A DNA stretch of 64,000 nucleotides from Selaginella moellendorffii (taxonomy: Eukaryota; Plantae; Lycopodiophyta): positions 315,175 through 379,174 of the forward strand of contig NW_003314393.1 in assembly GCF_000143415.4 (NCBI RefSeq), given 5' to 3'. Position 1 is the stretch's first letter. Each line of letters opens with the position of its first letter. The notes beneath the pieces are model-generated. The model had not been told where the DNA came from, did no database searches, and saw only the letters and a program-made list of their open reading frames with translations. Position numbers and translations under genes: made by a program. Shown here piece by piece: positions 63,152-64,000 of this stretch.

Positions 63152-64000
63152 ATGGTAAGTCTTTTAGGCCAAGTAGAAAATGGCATGAGGCCACATGCCA
63201 TTCAATAGCAACATTGGCATGCACCGATTGGGCTCTCAAGTGCAGTCCGGTTACAGATGGCGTGTAGCCTCACGCCATCTTAGGATGCAGCCTCAAGACA
63301 TCTGATGCAGTGGTGAATGGCGTGTGGCCTCACGTTATTTCCAGCTGCTAGCTTTTCATCTGTCAGCTCTAATTGTTGTGCATTTTTGAACAGGCGAGGA
63401 ATTGCGTTCTTCTTCCAGCCACTGTCAATGTGGATGCAGAGAAGAGGGAGGAGCTCACCAGCTGGACTTTCGGGATGGAAGGCGAGGATCTGAGGCTGTA
63501 CAACACAGATGGTGGGAGAAAAGAATGCATGGGGATTCTCATCCAAGTGACAGACACTCCATGCAGTTCCATGCAAGAATATGGACTGGCACTTGTGGTA
63601 GAGACAGCGTCCGCCTTCAAGATCCACCTTGCACATCCTAGTGGCTTCCCGGAGGGGGGCAGCGGCTATGAGGAATTCCTAGAGGGAGCTAGGGAGAGGT
63701 TGTCCAGGAGGCCCACAATTTCAAAAACGCTGTGGGTCTATGAAGATCACATGGAATCCACAGACCTCACCTACGGTGATGTTCAAAAACTATATTCCAA
63801 CATTGAGCCGTTGAGAGTGCTTCCAGTTCGCGAAGCGAAGGGGAAGGGGGTCGATCTGGAAACTACCCCGAAGCAGAAAAGGGTCGTCAAGCTCAAGCCG
63901 ACGTCCGACTCTCCTACTCCAAAAAAGAAGCTACTCGGTGATGCCATTGCCTCGGGTTCAAACACTACACCCACCAAAAAGAAGAGCCGCAAAGAGCAGA
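63152..64000 (+). CDS. 5' part of an uncharacterised, probably transposon-borne gene running off the window
   Basis: ATG|GTAAGT at 63152-63160, acceptor CAG at 63391-63393, then 202 open codons to the window end (ARNCVLLPAT...TPTKKKSRKEQ) with basic NLS-like clusters. Confidence 0.55.

Overview
Repeat-rich land-plant nuclear DNA: TTTAGGG telomere repeats, tRNA-iMet-primed LTR elements and GT-AG introns of about 47-63 bp. The very short introns suggest a non-seed plant such as a lycophyte or fern, which is an inference. Most of the window is nested transposons: a non-coding LARD-like LTR family, decayed Ty3/gypsy elements, solo LTRs, L1-like LINE fragments, a Sola-like DNA transposon and a Cassandra TRIM. 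A small host-gene island at 51.4-56.0 kb holds an nsLTP, a frameshifted LRR receptor-like protein and a DUF716/TMEM45-like gene. The stand-out feature is an 8.8-kb TIR DNA transposon (22622-31448, 5-bp TSD GGGCT) with two divergent intron-containing genes. One is an apparently intact Mutator-type GCM-like/DDE/SWIM transposase. The other is a ~1100-codon cargo gene fusing a ParB/Srx-like domain to a beta-class N6A/N4C DNA-methyltransferase-like domain, with one in-frame stop in this copy. Six spaced palindromes lie between the two genes. The second highlight is a Penelope-like retroelement fragment between two same-orientation telomeric arrays (58.6-62.1 kb), as expected for telomere-primed retrotransposition. 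All splice models and domain calls were made by eye without database searches.
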